A stretch of 64,000 nt of DNA from Escherichia coli (GTDB taxonomy: Bacteria; Pseudomonadota; Gammaproteobacteria; Enterobacterales; Enterobacteriaceae). Position numbers and translations under genes: made by a program. Positions 30,480-44,805 of the stretch are shown here, piece by piece. Position 1 is the stretch's first letter, and each line of letters begins with the position of its first letter. Location: assembly GCF_003334315.1 (NCBI RefSeq), contig NZ_QOWR01000009.1. The stretch is one strand, 5' to 3'. The notes beneath the pieces are model-generated. The model worked only from the letters and a program-made list of their open reading frames with translations. It had not been told where the DNA came from and ran no database searches.

Positions 30480-32195
30480 ATGTCTTCCATGACAACAACT
30501 GATAATAAAGCCTTTTTGAATGAACTTGCTCGTCTGGTGGGTTCTTCACACCTGCTCACCGATCCCGCAAAAACGGCCCGCTATCGCAAGGGCTTCCGTT
30601 CTGGTCAGGGCGACGCGCTGGCTGTCGTTTTCCCTGGCTCACTACTAGAATTGTGGCGGGTGCTGAAAGCCTGCGTCACCGCCGACAAAATTATTCTGAT
30701 GCAGGCCGCCAATACAGGCCTGACCGAAGGATCGACGCCAAACGGTAACGATTATGATCGCGATGTCGTTATCATCAGCACCCTGCGTCTCGACAAGCTG
30801 CACGTTCTTGGCAAGGGCGAACAGGTGCTGGCCTATCCGGGCACCACGCTCTATTCGCTGGAAAAAGCCCTCAAACCGCTGGGACGCGAACCGCACTCAG
30901 TGATTGGATCATCGTGTATAGGCGCATCGGTCATCGGCGGTATTTGTAACAACTCCGGCGGCTCGCTGGTGCAACGTGGCCCGGCGTATACCGAAATGTC
31001 GTTATTCGCGCGTATAAATGAAGACGGCAAACTGACGCTGGTGAACCATCTGGGGATTGATCTGGGCGAAACGCCGGAGCAGATCCTTAGCAAGCTGGAT
31101 GATGATCGCATCAAAGATGACGATGTGCGTCACGATGGTCGTCACGCCCACGATTATGACTATGTCCACCGCGTTCGTGATATTGAAGCCGACACGCCCG
31201 CACGTTATAACGCCGATCCTGATCGGTTATTTGAATCTTCTGGTTGCGCCGGGAAGCTGGCGGTCTTTGCAGTACGTCTTGATACCTTCGAAGCGGAAAA
31301 AAATCAGCAGGTGTTTTATATCGGCACCAACCAGCCGGAAGTGCTGACCGAAATCCGCCGTCATATTCTGGCTAACTTCGAAAATCTGCCGGTTGCCGGG
31401 GAATATATGCACCGGGATATCTACGATATTGCGGAAAAATACGGCAAAGACACCTTCCTGATGATTGATAAGTTAGGCACCGACAAGATGCCGTTCTTCT
31501 TTAATCTCAAGGGACGCACCGATGCGATGCTGGAGAAAGTGAAATTCTTCCGTCCGCATTTTACTGACCGTGCGATGCAAAAATTCGGTCACCTGTTCCC
31601 CAGCCATTTACCGCCGCGCATGAAAAACTGGCGCGATAAATACGAGCATCATCTGCTGTTAAAAATGGCGGGCGATGGCGTGGGCGAAGCCAAATCGTGG
31701 CTGGTGGATTATTTCAAACAGGCCGAAGGCGATTTCTTTGTCTGTACGCCGGAGGAAGGCAGCAAAGCGTTTTTACACCGTTTCGCCGCTGCGGGCGCAG
31801 CAATTCGTTATCAGGCGGTGCATTCCGATGAAGTCGAAGACATTCTGGCGTTGGATATCGCTCTGCGGCGTAACGACACCGAGTGGTATGAGCATTTACC
31901 GCCGGAGATCGACAGCCAGCTGGTGCACAAGCTCTATTACGGCCATTTTATGTGCTATGTCTTCCATCAGGATTACATAGTGAAAAAAGGCGTGGATGTG
32001 CATGCGTTAAAAGAACAGATGCTGGAACTGCTACAGCAGCGCGGCGCGCAGTACCCTGCCGAGCATAACGTCGGTCATTTGTATAAAGCACCGGAGACGT
32101 TGCAGAAGTTCTATCGCGAGAACGATCCGACCAACAGCATGAATCCGGGGATCGGTAAAACCAGTAAACGGAAAAACTGGCAGGAAGTGGAGTAA
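30480..32195 (+). CDS. dld: FAD-dependent D-lactate dehydrogenase Dld (571 aa)
   Basis: ORF trimmed to MSSMTTTDNKAFLNELARLVGS. Confidence 0.95.
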   Translation: MSSMTTTDNKAFLNELARLVGSSHLLTDPAKTARYRKGFRSGQGDALAVVFPGSLLELWRVLKACVTADKIILMQAANTGLTEGSTPNGNDYDRDVVIISTLRLDKLHVLGKGEQVLAYPGTTLYSLEKALKPLGREPHSVIGSSCIGASVIGGICNNSGGSLVQRGPAYTEMSLFARINEDGKLTLVNHLGIDLGETPEQILSKLDDDRIKDDDVRHDGRHAHDYDYVHRVRDIEADTPARYNADPDRLFESSGCAGKLAVFAVRLDTFEAEKNQQVFYIGTNQPEVLTEIRRHILANFENLPVAGEYMHRDIYDIAEKYGKDTFLMIDKLGTDKMPFFFNLKGRTDAMLEKVKFFRPHFTDRAMQKFGHLFPSHLPPRMKNWRDKYEHHLLLKMAGDGVGEAKSWLVDYFKQAEGDFFVCTPEEGSKAFLHRFAAAGAAIRYQAVHSDEVEDILALDIALRRNDTEWYEHLPPEIDSQLVHKLYYGHFMCYVFHQDYIVKKGVDVHALKEQMLELLQQRGAQYPAEHNVGHLYKAPETLQKFYRENDPTNSMNPGIGKTSKRKNWQEVE

Positions 32196-32211
32196 AAATT
32201 ACGGATGGCAG

Positions 32212-32235
32212 AGTATCGCCATCCGAATTCACTTA
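32212..32235. terminator. Hairpin between convergent dld and pbpG
   Basis: 8-bp stem cggatggc / gccatccg with 8-nt loop; T-run on the minus-strand side. Confidence 0.4.
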
Positions 32236-33165
32236 ATCGTTCTGTGCCGTCTGCCCCGCCGCCGCCATTTGGGCGGCTTTTTGTTTTTTATAGCTCAACG
32301 CTGCTGCCGGCACAGGCATCACTTTACCGGTTTCAATCCAGGTACGCAGGCGGCTGGCATCGGCAAAATGGGTATATTTGCCAAACGCGTCCATCACTAC
32401 CAGCGCCACCGGTTTATTATTGATAACCGTACGCATCACCAGACAATGGCCCGCCGCATTGGTAAAGCCGGTTTTGGTTAACTGAATATTCCAGTTATCG
32501 CGATACACCAGATGATTAGTATTGCGGAACGGCAGCGTATACGTCGGATTAGAGAAGGTTGCCATATCTTCCCGGGTAGTACTTAACTGCCCGATCAACG
32601 GATATTGTTTGCTGGCAATGAGCAGTTTGGTTAAGTCACGGGCAGTTGAAACGTTATGCACCGACAATCCGGTAGGTTCAACAAAGCGCGTGTTGTTCAT
32701 TCCGAGCGATTTCGCTTTCGCATTCATTGCCTTAATAAAGGCTTTGTAACCACCGGGATAATGGTGCGCAAGGCTTGCCGCCGCGCGGTTTTCTGAAGAC
32801 ATCAGCGCCAGCAACAGCATATCTTTACGGCTGATTTCGCTATTCAGTCGTACGCGCGAATAGACCCCTTTCATCTCCGGCGTCTGGCTGATATCCACTT
32901 TTAGTTTTTCATCCAGCGGCAGTCGTGCATCCAGCACAACCATCGCGGTCATTAATTTGCTGATAGACGCAATCGGACGCACCAGATCCGGGTGGTTCGA
33001 ATAGATCACTTTGTTGGTATTCAGATCAACAATCATCGCGCTACCGGAGGCAATTTCCGGTTGTGAAGTGGTGGTAGCGGCTGCCGTTTTCGCAACGGCC
33101 TGCGGTGCAAAAGGCACAGCCAGCATCAGGGCCAGGCTAAATAAAGAAACTCGAAATTTCGGCAT
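32233..33165 (-). CDS. pbpG: D-alanyl-D-alanine endopeptidase PBP7 (310 aa)
   Basis: ORF trimmed to [25 protein letters not shown]. Confidence 0.92.
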   Translation of the reverse strand: MPKFRVSLFSLALMLAVPFAPQAVAKTAAATTTSQPEIASGSAMIVDLNTNKVIYSNHPDLVRPIASISKLMTAMVVLDARLPLDEKLKVDISQTPEMKGVYSRVRLNSEISRKDMLLLALMSSENRAAASLAHHYPGGYKAFIKAMNAKAKSLGMNNTRFVEPTGLSVHNVSTARDLTKLLIASKQYPLIGQLSTTREDMATFSNPTYTLPFRNTNHLVYRDNWNIQLTKTGFTNAAGHCLVMRTVINNKPVALVVMDAFGKYTHFADASRLRTWIETGKVMPVPAAALSYKKQKAAQMAAAGQTAQND

Positions 33166-33338
33166 GATGAGCATTCAGATAGTGGTTCACGCGCACGGGT
33201 TGCGCACCGCCGGAGTAAGGATTTACTGAGGCTAGCGACGCCATCATAACGAGCAAAAAGTGCGATCGTCAAAGGAGAATCGTGAGGAAATGCTGCATTG
33301 CTGACATTTACGCCAGCAATGCAACGTCAAAGAACTTT

Positions 33339-33926
33339 CTAGAACAAACGATAACCGTAGCCCCATAGTATAACGGTTAGGGCGAGCAGCACTTCCAGTA
33401 CCAGCACGCCAATCGCCAGCGTCGAACTAGAGAAGCTAAGGCCTTCCTCTTTGTTGATATTCAGGAAGCTCGGAATACCAAGGTAAAGCAGGTAGCCGGT
33501 GTAAAACAGCGCCACCGTGCCGACCAGCGCACACAACCAGACCAGTGGATAAAGCGCCACCAGACCGCTTAAAAACAGCGGAGTTGCAACGTAGCCCGCG
33601 AAGACCATGCAGTGCGCAAGTGACGGACGCTGCGGATAATTACGCGCCATCCACCAGATGACCCGCCCCATCACCGCGACCCCAGCCAGCATAACGCCGT
33701 AAAACAAGACAGCCAGCGCCAGTCCGGTAAACCAGGATAACTTCAGGATAGTGCCATCGCCAAAATTCCAGCCAATCTGTGTAGTGCCAATGAAGGCGCA
33801 AATCACCGGAATCGCCGCCATCAGCAAAACGTGGTGGGTGTAATGGTGAGAAATCGTTTCGTTTTCGCGATTAATCACCTGCATTTCACGATCGGGATGG
33901 GAAAACAGTCCCCAGACATGGCTCAT
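33339..33926 (-). CDS. yohC: Inner membrane protein YohC (195 aa)
   Basis: ORF trimmed to MSHVWGLFSHPDREMQ. Confidence 0.82.
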   Translation of the reverse strand: MSHVWGLFSHPDREMQVINRENETISHHYTHHVLLMAAIPVICAFIGTTQIGWNFGDGTILKLSWFTGLALAVLFYGVMLAGVAVMGRVIWWMARNYPQRPSLAHCMVFAGYVATPLFLSGLVALYPLVWLCALVGTVALFYTGYLLYLGIPSFLNINKEEGLSFSSSTLAIGVLVLEVLLALTVILWGYGYRLF

Positions 33927-34095
33927 ACCGCCCCCTTGTTGTGAGTTCATGAACCTGACAGTTCAAGTATAAGTCAGCTTGTGATTATTTTTTGTTCGCC
34001 CATGTAATTTTCACTGTCTGATGAACGTCCTTTTTCAGCGTGAATGATTCACAGGGTGTATGCTTACTGGCAACCAAAGGGAGACAGACTGGCCT

Positions 34096-34674
34096 ATGGA
34101 TCTCAATACACTTATCTCACAATATGGTTATGCCGCGCTGGTGATCGGTAGCCTGGCGGAAGGTGAAACCGTGACTTTGCTGGGAGGCGTTGCGGCGCAT
34201 CAGGGGCTATTAAAGTTCCCGCTGGTGGTACTTTCTGTGGCGCTTGGCGGCATGATTGGCGACCAGGTGCTCTATCTGTGCGGGCGGCGGTTTGGCGGCA
34301 AGCTGTTACGCCGTTTCTCGAAACATCAGGATAAAATTGAGCGGGCGCAGAAACTTATCCAACGCCATCCGTATCTGTTTGTCATTGGTACGCGCTTTAT
34401 GTATGGCTTTCGGGTGATTGGCCCGACGCTGATTGGTGCCAGCCAGCTGCCGCCGAAAATCTTTCTGCCGCTGAATATTCTCGGCGCATTTGCCTGGGCG
34501 TTGATTTTTACCACTATTGGTTACGCTGGTGGTCAGGTGATTGCGCCGTGGTTGCACAATCTCGACCAGCATTTGAAGCACTGGGTCTGGTTGATTCTGG
34601 TCGTGGTTCTGGTGGTGGGCGTGCGCTGGTGGCTGAAACGACGCGGGAAGAAAAAGCCGGATCATCAGGCGTAA
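34096..34674 (+). CDS. yohD: DedA-family inner membrane protein YohD (192 aa)
   Basis: ORF trimmed to MDLNTLISQYGYAAL. Confidence 0.85.
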   Translation: MDLNTLISQYGYAALVIGSLAEGETVTLLGGVAAHQGLLKFPLVVLSVALGGMIGDQVLYLCGRRFGGKLLRRFSKHQDKIERAQKLIQRHPYLFVIGTRFMYGFRVIGPTLIGASQLPPKIFLPLNILGAFAWALIFTTIGYAGGQVIAPWLHNLDQHLKHWVWLILVVVLVVGVRWWLKRRGKKKPDHQA

Positions 34675-34803
34675 AACCATTGCCCTGGATAAGGCGTTCG
34701 CGCCGCATCCGACATCCGGAGTACCATGCCTGATACGACGCTTGTGCGTCTTTTCATGCCGACCAAAATATTACCCAATGAAATATCCACGCACCTCACT
34801 GCG

Positions 34804-35565
34804 CTATTCTGGGTTGAACTGTGGATTCGCCAACATAAAGCCGCCATCCACTATCAACGACTGCCCGGTGGTGTAATTTGCGCCCTCCGAACAAAGCCAC
34901 ACCACCAGGCTGGCAATCTCATGCGTTGCGCCAAAACGCCGCAAGGGAATCGAAGGCTCCGCGTCGGGCTTCACGTCGCTGTCATCCATGCCATTCATTG
35001 GCGTGGCGATCGCCCCAGGCGCGACTGCGTTCACCAAAATCTTATGCCTGACCAGCTCCAGCGCCATCGCTTTGGTTAACCCACCGAGCGCATGTTTAGC
35101 GGCTGTGTAGGCGCTGGCATCCGGCAGCGGCGTATGTTCATGTACCGACGTAATGTTGATGATGCGACCGCCCTGCCCTTGTTTCACCATCTGACGAGCC
35201 GCAATTTGCGAGCATAAGAATGCACCATCGACATCAACGGTAAAAATCTTGCGCCACTCATCAAAAGCCATATCAAGAAACGGCGCTTTGGTCATTGCAC
35301 CCGCATTATTCACCAGCACATCAATGCGCCCCAGCCGTTGAATGAGTTTCTCCAGCGCCAGTGCCCCTTCTGGTAGATTGCCGAGATCCAGCTGCACGAT
35401 CTCCGCACGTACGCCGTGGCTAACTACCTCACGCGCGGTATCTTTTGCCCCTTCTTCATCTGAGTGCCAGGTAATACCAATATCAAACCCCTGCTGCGCC
35501 AGTAATAACGCGCACTCTTTGCCGATCCCCGAATCGGAGGCGGTAATAATCGCAACCTGTGCCAT
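34804..35565 (-). CDS. yohF: Short-chain dehydrogenase/reductase YohF (253 aa)
   Basis: MAQVAIITASDSGIGK (Rossmann TGxxxGxG-like). Confidence 0.87.
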   Translation of the reverse strand: MAQVAIITASDSGIGKECALLLAQQGFDIGITWHSDEEGAKDTAREVVSHGVRAEIVQLDLGNLPEGALALEKLIQRLGRIDVLVNNAGAMTKAPFLDMAFDEWRKIFTVDVDGAFLCSQIAARQMVKQGQGGRIINITSVHEHTPLPDASAYTAAKHALGGLTKAMALELVRHKILVNAVAPGAIATPMNGMDDSDVKPDAEPSIPLRRFGATHEIASLVVWLCSEGANYTTGQSLIVDGGFMLANPQFNPE

Positions 35566-35617
35566 CGAGTTCTCCACTTAACGCTGAATAAACGTTAAGT
35601 ATAGAAGGCGCATATCA

Positions 35618-37054
35618 TCAGCGTTTGTAACCCCCGCCCAACGCACCAGTGAGTTGAATGGAGGCATCCAGCCACTGCCCTTGCAATAACAGGCCATTGG
35701 CCCGCTCACGCAGCGCGGGGATTCTGGCTTCGCTGACGCGGGAACCAGCAATGATGCCCGCGTTAAAGCGCGCCTGCGCAAGACCTACCACACGCAAGGC
35801 ATCGCGCTCAATTTGCGCCTGATGCTGGTTTTTCTCCGCCAGTGTCTGAACCTGACTGGCTGCCCGCGCCACGTCATTCACCGCTTCAACCACCGCTTTG
35901 TTGTAGCTGGCGATAGACAAGTTGCTTTCGGCTTTTGCGATATCGAGATTGGCGTTAAGACGACCACTATCGAAAATGGGTAGCGTCAGGCCTGCCGTAA
36001 CGCCCATTTGCTGCGCGGAATGACGGAACAGATCGCTTAAGTGCAACGCATCCTGTTGCAGGAAGGCCATCAGGTTGATGTCAGGATAAAATGCCGCTTT
36101 TGCCGCATCAATGGTGCTTAGCGATGACTCAACGTACCAGTGCGCCGCCTGCAAATCTGCCCGCCGGGCCAGTAAGGAGTACCCCAGTTCATCAGGAAGC
36201 TGGCTTGCCACTTTCGGCAACGCGACCGGTTTAAGCTTCAATGACTTTGTCTGGTTATTTGTAAGTGCGCTTAACCGTGCCTCAATAATTTTCATTTTCC
36301 CCGCGACATCGTTGAGCTGCTGCCGGGTTTTGCTGGCATTAATATCGGTTTCCACACCTTCAACTGAAGAAGTAATCCCGTTCTGATATAGCTGGCGATC
36401 GGTCGCGATAATGGTGTTCTGCTCTTTTTCTATTTGCTGCAAGACCGTGTTTAACGCCGCCTGGGTTTGCCACTCCCAGTACAGGCGGGCTACGCTGCCA
36501 GCCAGCAATTGGCGGGTTTGCTCGCGTTCCGCCGCCCGTGCTTTAACCGTACCCAGGCGGGCAGTAACCTCCGCCCGATTCTTTCCCCAGATATCGAGAT
36601 GCCAGCCCGCCGTTAAGCCAAAAGTACCGTTGGTGTACCACGGGCCGGTCGTACCTGCGGCCGGATCGTTCAGAGCAAACGGCCCCATTAAGCCTTCTGC
36701 CGACATTTTTTGCCGCTCCATATCCGCCGAAAAGTCGATCTGCGGACCATCCTGAGTGGCAACTGCCTTCGCCTGGGCTTCAGCTAGCTGAATGCGCTGT
36801 TCAGCCACCTGCATATCCGGTGCGTTCTGTAGTGCATTGTTAATTAAGGAAGTGAGTTGATTATCGTGATACTCCAGCCACCATTGGCTGTCTGGCCAAC
36901 CATTTTTCAGCGCCGTGGGTAATGCGGTGTCAACTTGTGCAGCGGGCGTTTGCTGGCTTAACGCCTGGCGGGTTTCATGCATAGGCGCACACCCGGCCAG
37001 CATCAGTAACAGCGGAAAACAGGCGATGGCTGGATAAAAGGAATCACGATTCAT
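35618..37054 (-). CDS. mdtQ: Outer-membrane efflux lipoprotein MdtQ (478 aa), intact
   Basis: ORF trimmed to MNRDSFYPAIACFPLLLMLAGCAP (lipobox). Confidence 0.8.
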   Translation of the reverse strand: MNRDSFYPAIACFPLLLMLAGCAPMHETRQALSQQTPAAQVDTALPTALKNGWPDSQWWLEYHDNQLTSLINNALQNAPDMQVAEQRIQLAEAQAKAVATQDGPQIDFSADMERQKMSAEGLMGPFALNDPAAGTTGPWYTNGTFGLTAGWHLDIWGKNRAEVTARLGTVKARAAEREQTRQLLAGSVARLYWEWQTQAALNTVLQQIEKEQNTIIATDRQLYQNGITSSVEGVETDINASKTRQQLNDVAGKMKIIEARLSALTNNQTKSLKLKPVALPKVASQLPDELGYSLLARRADLQAAHWYVESSLSTIDAAKAAFYPDINLMAFLQQDALHLSDLFRHSAQQMGVTAGLTLPIFDSGRLNANLDIAKAESNLSIASYNKAVVEAVNDVARAASQVQTLAEKNQHQAQIERDALRVVGLAQARFNAGIIAGSRVSEARIPALRERANGLLLQGQWLDASIQLTGALGGGYKR

Positions 37055-37277
37055 GGGGGAATAATCAGGTAAGAAAAGGTGCGCGGAGATTACCGTGTGT
37101 TGCGATATATTTTTTAGTTTCGCGTGGCAATACATCAGTGGCAATAAAACGACATATCCAGAAAAATATACACTAAGTGAATGATATCTTCCGATTTATC
37201 TTAATCGTTTATGGATAACGGCAAAGGGCTTCGTTTTTTCCTATACTTATTCAGCACTCACAAATAAAGGAACGCCA

Positions 37278-37361
37278 ATGAAAATTATACTCTGGGCTGT
37301 ATTGATTATTTTCCTGATTGGGCTACTGGTGGTGACTGGCGTATTTAAGATGATATTTTAA
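37278..37361 (+). CDS. yohP: Small membrane protein YohP (27 aa)
   Basis: RBS aaggaacgcc then ATG; MKIILWAVLIIFLIGLLVVTGVFKMIF; too short for ORF track. Confidence 0.55.
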   Translation: MKIILWAVLIIFLIGLLVVTGVFKMIF

Positions 37362-37446
37362 AATTAATTAATGTCATCAGGTCCGAAAATAACGAGAATA
37401 TTTCAGTCTCTCATCCTGTTGCGCTCCTGTCATGTGCATTGCTTCA

Positions 37447-37700
37447 TATAATCACTGGCGCAAGGAGCGCGCAGGGGGCGGCCAATCGCCGCCGCCCCCT
37501 GCACCCCCGGGCTCTGGCGAACAAAATCGCCGCTGCGCGGTGCCCTCGACTTATCCCTTACGGCTACCGGGTCGGGCGCGAGGTAACATCCCTGTAAAAC
37601 GCGCCCTCAGCCCACATCCATGTGGGCTGCCCCGGCCTTCAGGGAACGCCTCGGCAATTTTGACGCCACCAAACAACCGTGCGGCCTATTGATAAAGAGC
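37447..37700. other. GC-rich structured intergenic island with two perfect hairpins (possible boxC-like repeat or structured RNA)
   Basis: Inverted repeat gcagggggcggc-caatc-gccgccgccccctgc (37471-37502) and cagcccacat-cc-atgtgggctg (37608-37629) inside a strongly GC-rich stretch flanked by AT-rich DNA. Confidence 0.4.
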
Positions 37701-37733
37701 TAACACATTGTCAAAAAACATCACTATGGTTTT

Positions 37734-38681
37734 TTAGAGTTTCTCGATATCAATTGCCTGAATAGCCCTTGCAATATCAGGGGAATTATTCAACACCCGA
37801 ACATGCTGAAATAATTCCGTTGCTTCATCGTATTCTTTACGCAAATAACTCAACCACTGTTTAATCCGCGCAACGTGATATAACCCGGTATCGCCCTGCT
37901 TTTCCAGACGGGTATATTTTTGCAGCAAAGCAACCACCTCCGGCCACGGCATTCGCGGTTCGTTATATTTTACCACCCGGCTCAGGTTGGGAATATTGAG
38001 CGCCCCGCGACCAATCATCACTGCGTCGCAGCCGCTGATCGCCATGCATTGTTGCGCGCTCTGCCAGTCCCAGATTTCACCGTTGGCAATCACCGGAATA
38101 TTCAGCCGCTGGCGAATATCGCCAATCGCCTGCCAGTCAATATGCTCCGCGCGGTAACCCTGCTCTTTCGTCCGCCCATGCACCACCAGCTCCGTAGCAC
38201 CAGCCTGTTGAACCGCATCGGCGATTTCAAATTTCTTCTCACCGCTGTCCCAGCCCAGACGCACTTTCACGCTGACGGGCAAATGCGCCGGTACAGCTTC
38301 ACGCATCGCTTTTGCACCCTGGTAGATGAGTTCAGGATCTTTGAGTAACGTCGCCCCGCCGCCGCTACCGTTAACCGTTTTCGACGGGCAGCCGCAATTG
38401 AGATCCACGCCCCAGGAACCTAACTCCACCGCACGGGCGGCGTTCTCTGCCAGCCATTGTGGGAACTGACCTAACAACTGCACGCGCACCAGCGTACCAG
38501 ATGGTGTCCGGCTGGCGTTTTGTAGCTCAGGGCAAATGCGATGAAAGACTTTTACCGGCAGCAGTTGATCCACCACGCGGACAAACTCGGTGATGCACAG
38601 ATCGTAGTCGTTAACTTCGGTCAGCAATTCACGCACCAGAGAGTCAAGCACTCCCTCCATCGGTGCCAGTAACACACGCAT
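37734..38681 (-). CDS. dusC: tRNA-dihydrouridine synthase C (315 aa)
   Basis: ORF trimmed to [19 protein letters not shown]. Confidence 0.92.
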
Positions 38682-38883
38682 ATCATCACCCGCAAAAAAA
38701 TGAGGCGCTATGTTAGCGCCTATGGTCAGCGGATTAAAGGTCTGCAAAGAGGGATTGCTGCAAACTGCAATCCCTCTCTATGCTTGATGTATGCCTGAGT
38801 TCGCTGCGCATTGCGTAATGCCGGGGAGCGAAAAAATAAGCGCTGATTTCTTAATGTGATCGGTAGCACGTTTTACGAATTAA

Positions 38884-40010
<1,127 letters not shown>

Positions 40011-40139
40011 AATTTGCGATGCGTCGCGCATTTTTGATGTATGTTTCACGCGTTGCATAATTAATGAGATTCAGATCACATATAAAGCCACAACGGGTTC
40101 GTAAACTGTTATCCCATTACATGATTATGAGGCAACGCC

Positions 40140-42135
<1,996 letters not shown>

Positions 42136-42328
42136 TATTCCCCTCTCCAGTTAATTATTGAGAATAATTATTACTTCACCTGATAAGCTGCGGATATCAC
42201 ATTCCTAACCGCAGCTATTTGTGAATCTTTTCACAGTTTAAATTCCCCCGCACGCTTAGCCTTAATATCAGTACATTATTATTTACTAAACGCTCGCCTT
42301 AATTACCTATAGCATTAAGGAAGATCAC

Positions 42329-43567
42329 ATGCCGCAACAAAATTATCTGGATGAACTCACTCCGGCTTTTACGTCTTTACTGGCGATTAAAGAAGCCTCT
42401 CGCTGTTTATTATGTCACGACGCTCCCTGTAGTCAGGCTTGCCCGGCACAGACCGATCCGGGGAAATTTATTCGCTCAATCTACTTTCGTAATTTTAAAG
42501 GCGCTGCCGAGACAATTCGCGAAAATAATGCCCTCGGTGCCGTTTGTGCCAGAGTGTGCCCGACGGAGAAATTATGCCAAAGCGGTTGTACCCGTGCCGG
42601 TGTTGATGCTCCCATTGATATCGGCCGCTTACAGCGTTTTGTTACTGATTTTGAACAACAAACCGGAATGGAAATTTATCAGCCCGGTACTAAAACGCTC
42701 GGCAAAGTCGCGATTATTGGCGCAGGTCCTGCCGGATTGCAGGCCAGTGTGACACTGACAAACCAGGGTTATGACGTCACGATTTATGAGAAAGAAGCGC
42801 ACCCCGGTGGCTGGTTGCGTAACGGTATTCCGCAATTCCGGTTACCGCAATCAGTGCTGGATGCAGAGATCGCCCGTATTGAAAAAATGGGCGTGACCAT
42901 TAAGTGCAACAACGAAGTCGGTAACACACTCACCCTTGAGCAGCTGAAAGCAGAAAACCGCGCGGTACTGGTCACCGTGGGGTTATCAAGCGGTTCCGGG
43001 CTACCGCTGTTTGAGCATAGTGACGTTGAGATTGCCGTCGACTTCTTGCAACGTGCACGACAGGCGCAAGGCGATATCAGCATTCCACAAAGCGCATTAA
43101 TTATCGGCGGCGGTGATGTCGCGATGGACGTAGCCAGCACGCTGAAAGTTCTCGGCTGTCAGGCGGTAACTTGCGTAGCGCGTGAAGAGTTAGATGAGTT
43201 TCCGGCAAGCGAAAAAGAGTTTACCAGCGCCCGGGAGCTGGGCGTTTCGATCATCGATGGATTCACGCCAGTAGCCGTGGAAGGCAATAAAGTCACGTTT
43301 AAGCATGTACGGTTATCGGGCGAACTGACGATGGCGGCAGATAAAATTATTCTCGCCGTCGGTCAGCATGCCAGACTAGATGCCTTTGCGGAGTTAGAGC
43401 CGCAGCGTAACACCATCAAAACACAAAATTACCAGACCCGCGACCCGCAAGTCTTTGCTGCTGGCGATATTGTTGAGGGTGACAAAACCGTGGTCTATGC
43501 CGTGAAAACCGGGAAAGAAACCGCCGAGGCGATTCATCACTATTTAGAGGGAGCTTGCTCATGTTAA
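42329..43567 (+). CDS. preT: NAD-dependent dihydropyrimidine dehydrogenase subunit PreT (412 aa)
   Basis: Fe-S cysteine cluster plus FAD/NAD GxGxxG (IIGAGPAG). Confidence 0.92.
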   Translation: MPQQNYLDELTPAFTSLLAIKEASRCLLCHDAPCSQACPAQTDPGKFIRSIYFRNFKGAAETIRENNALGAVCARVCPTEKLCQSGCTRAGVDAPIDIGRLQRFVTDFEQQTGMEIYQPGTKTLGKVAIIGAGPAGLQASVTLTNQGYDVTIYEKEAHPGGWLRNGIPQFRLPQSVLDAEIARIEKMGVTIKCNNEVGNTLTLEQLKAENRAVLVTVGLSSGSGLPLFEHSDVEIAVDFLQRARQAQGDISIPQSALIIGGGDVAMDVASTLKVLGCQAVTCVAREELDEFPASEKEFTSARELGVSIIDGFTPVAVEGNKVTFKHVRLSGELTMAADKIILAVGQHARLDAFAELEPQRNTIKTQNYQTRDPQVFAAGDIVEGDKTVVYAVKTGKETAEAIHHYLEGACSC

Positions 43568-44796
43568 CGAAAGATCTTTCGATTACTTTTTGCGGCGTGA
43601 AGTTTCCCAACCCGTTCTGCCTCTCTTCTTCGCCGGTAGGCAACTGCTATGAGATGTGTGCCAAAGCCTACGACACAGGTTGGGGCGGTGTGGTGTTTAA
43701 AACGATCGGCTTTTTTATCGCCAACGAAGTCTCGCCGCGTTTTGATCATCTGGTGAAAGAAGATACCGGTTTTATCGGCTTCAAAAATATGGAGCAGATT
43801 GCTGAACATCCGTTGGAAGAGAATCTGGCCGCCCTGCGTCGGCTGAAGGAAGATTACCCGGACAAAGTATTGATCGCTTCGATCATGGGGGAAAATGAGC
43901 AGCAATGGGAGGAGCTGGCGCGCCTGGTGCAAGAAGCTGGCGCGGATATGATCGAGTGTAACTTCTCCTGTCCGCAAATGACTTCTCATGCGATGGGTAG
44001 CGATGTCGGGCAAAGCCCGGAGCTGGTAGAAAAATATTGTCGGGCAGTGAAACGGGGTTCCACGCTGCCAATGCTGGCGAAGATGACGCCGAATATCGGT
44101 GATATGTGCGAAGTGGCGCTGGCGGCGAAGCGCGGCGGCGCAGATGGCATTGCGGCGATTAACACCGTTAAATCCATCACCAATATCGATCTTAATCAGA
44201 AAATCGGTATGCCGATCGTTAACGGAAAATCGAGTATTTCCGGATATTCCGGTAAAGCGGTAAAACCGATCGCCCTGCGCTTCATTCAGCAAATGCGCAC
44301 CCATCCAGAACTGCGCGATTTCCCAATCAGCGGTATCGGCGGCATTGAAACCTGGGAGGATGCGGCTGAGTTTTTATTGCTCGGCGCAGCAACGTTACAG
44401 GTGACCACCGGCATCATGCAGTACGGGTATCGGATAGTGGAAGATATGGCAAGCGGGTTGTCGCATTATCTCGCCGATCAGGGATTTGATTCGCTGCAGG
44501 AGATGGTAGGTCTGGCGAATAACAATATTGTCCCGGCGGAAGATTTAGACCGCAGTTATATTGTCTATCCCCGTATCAATCTTGATAAATGTGTTGGCTG
44601 TGGACGCTGTTATATTTCCTGTTACGACGGCGGTCACCAGGCGATGGAATGGAGCGAGAAAACCCGCACACCGCATTGTAATACCGAGAAATGTGTGGGT
44701 TGTCTGCTTTGTGGTCACGTCTGCCCGGTGGGTTGTATTGAGCTCGGGGAAGTGAAGTTTAAGAAAGGCGAGAAAGAACACCCGGTAACGTTGTAA
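43561..44796 (+). CDS. preA: NAD-dependent dihydropyrimidine dehydrogenase subunit PreA (411 aa)
   Basis: ORF trimmed to ATG at 43561 ([10 protein letters not shown]...); C-terminal 4Fe-4S ferredoxin motifs CVGCGRC, CVGCLLC. Confidence 0.92.
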   Translation: MLTKDLSITFCGVKFPNPFCLSSSPVGNCYEMCAKAYDTGWGGVVFKTIGFFIANEVSPRFDHLVKEDTGFIGFKNMEQIAEHPLEENLAALRRLKEDYPDKVLIASIMGENEQQWEELARLVQEAGADMIECNFSCPQMTSHAMGSDVGQSPELVEKYCRAVKRGSTLPMLAKMTPNIGDMCEVALAAKRGGADGIAAINTVKSITNIDLNQKIGMPIVNGKSSISGYSGKAVKPIALRFIQQMRTHPELRDFPISGIGGIETWEDAAEFLLLGAATLQVTTGIMQYGYRIVEDMASGLSHYLADQGFDSLQEMVGLANNNIVPAEDLDRSYIVYPRINLDKCVGCGRCYISCYDGGHQAMEWSEKTRTPHCNTEKCVGCLLCGHVCPVGCIELGEVKFKKGEKEHPVTL

Positions 44797-44805
44797 AACC
44801 AGAGA

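Noticed and set aside
37432-37692. 86-aa proline/glycine-rich ORF across the GC-rich island
   Set aside because: Composition is what a GC-rich palindromic repeat produces on translation; no RBS; region better explained as a structured DNA/RNA element.
43564-44304. 246-aa ORF antisense within preA
   Set aside because: Shadow ORF on the opposite strand of a well-supported gene.
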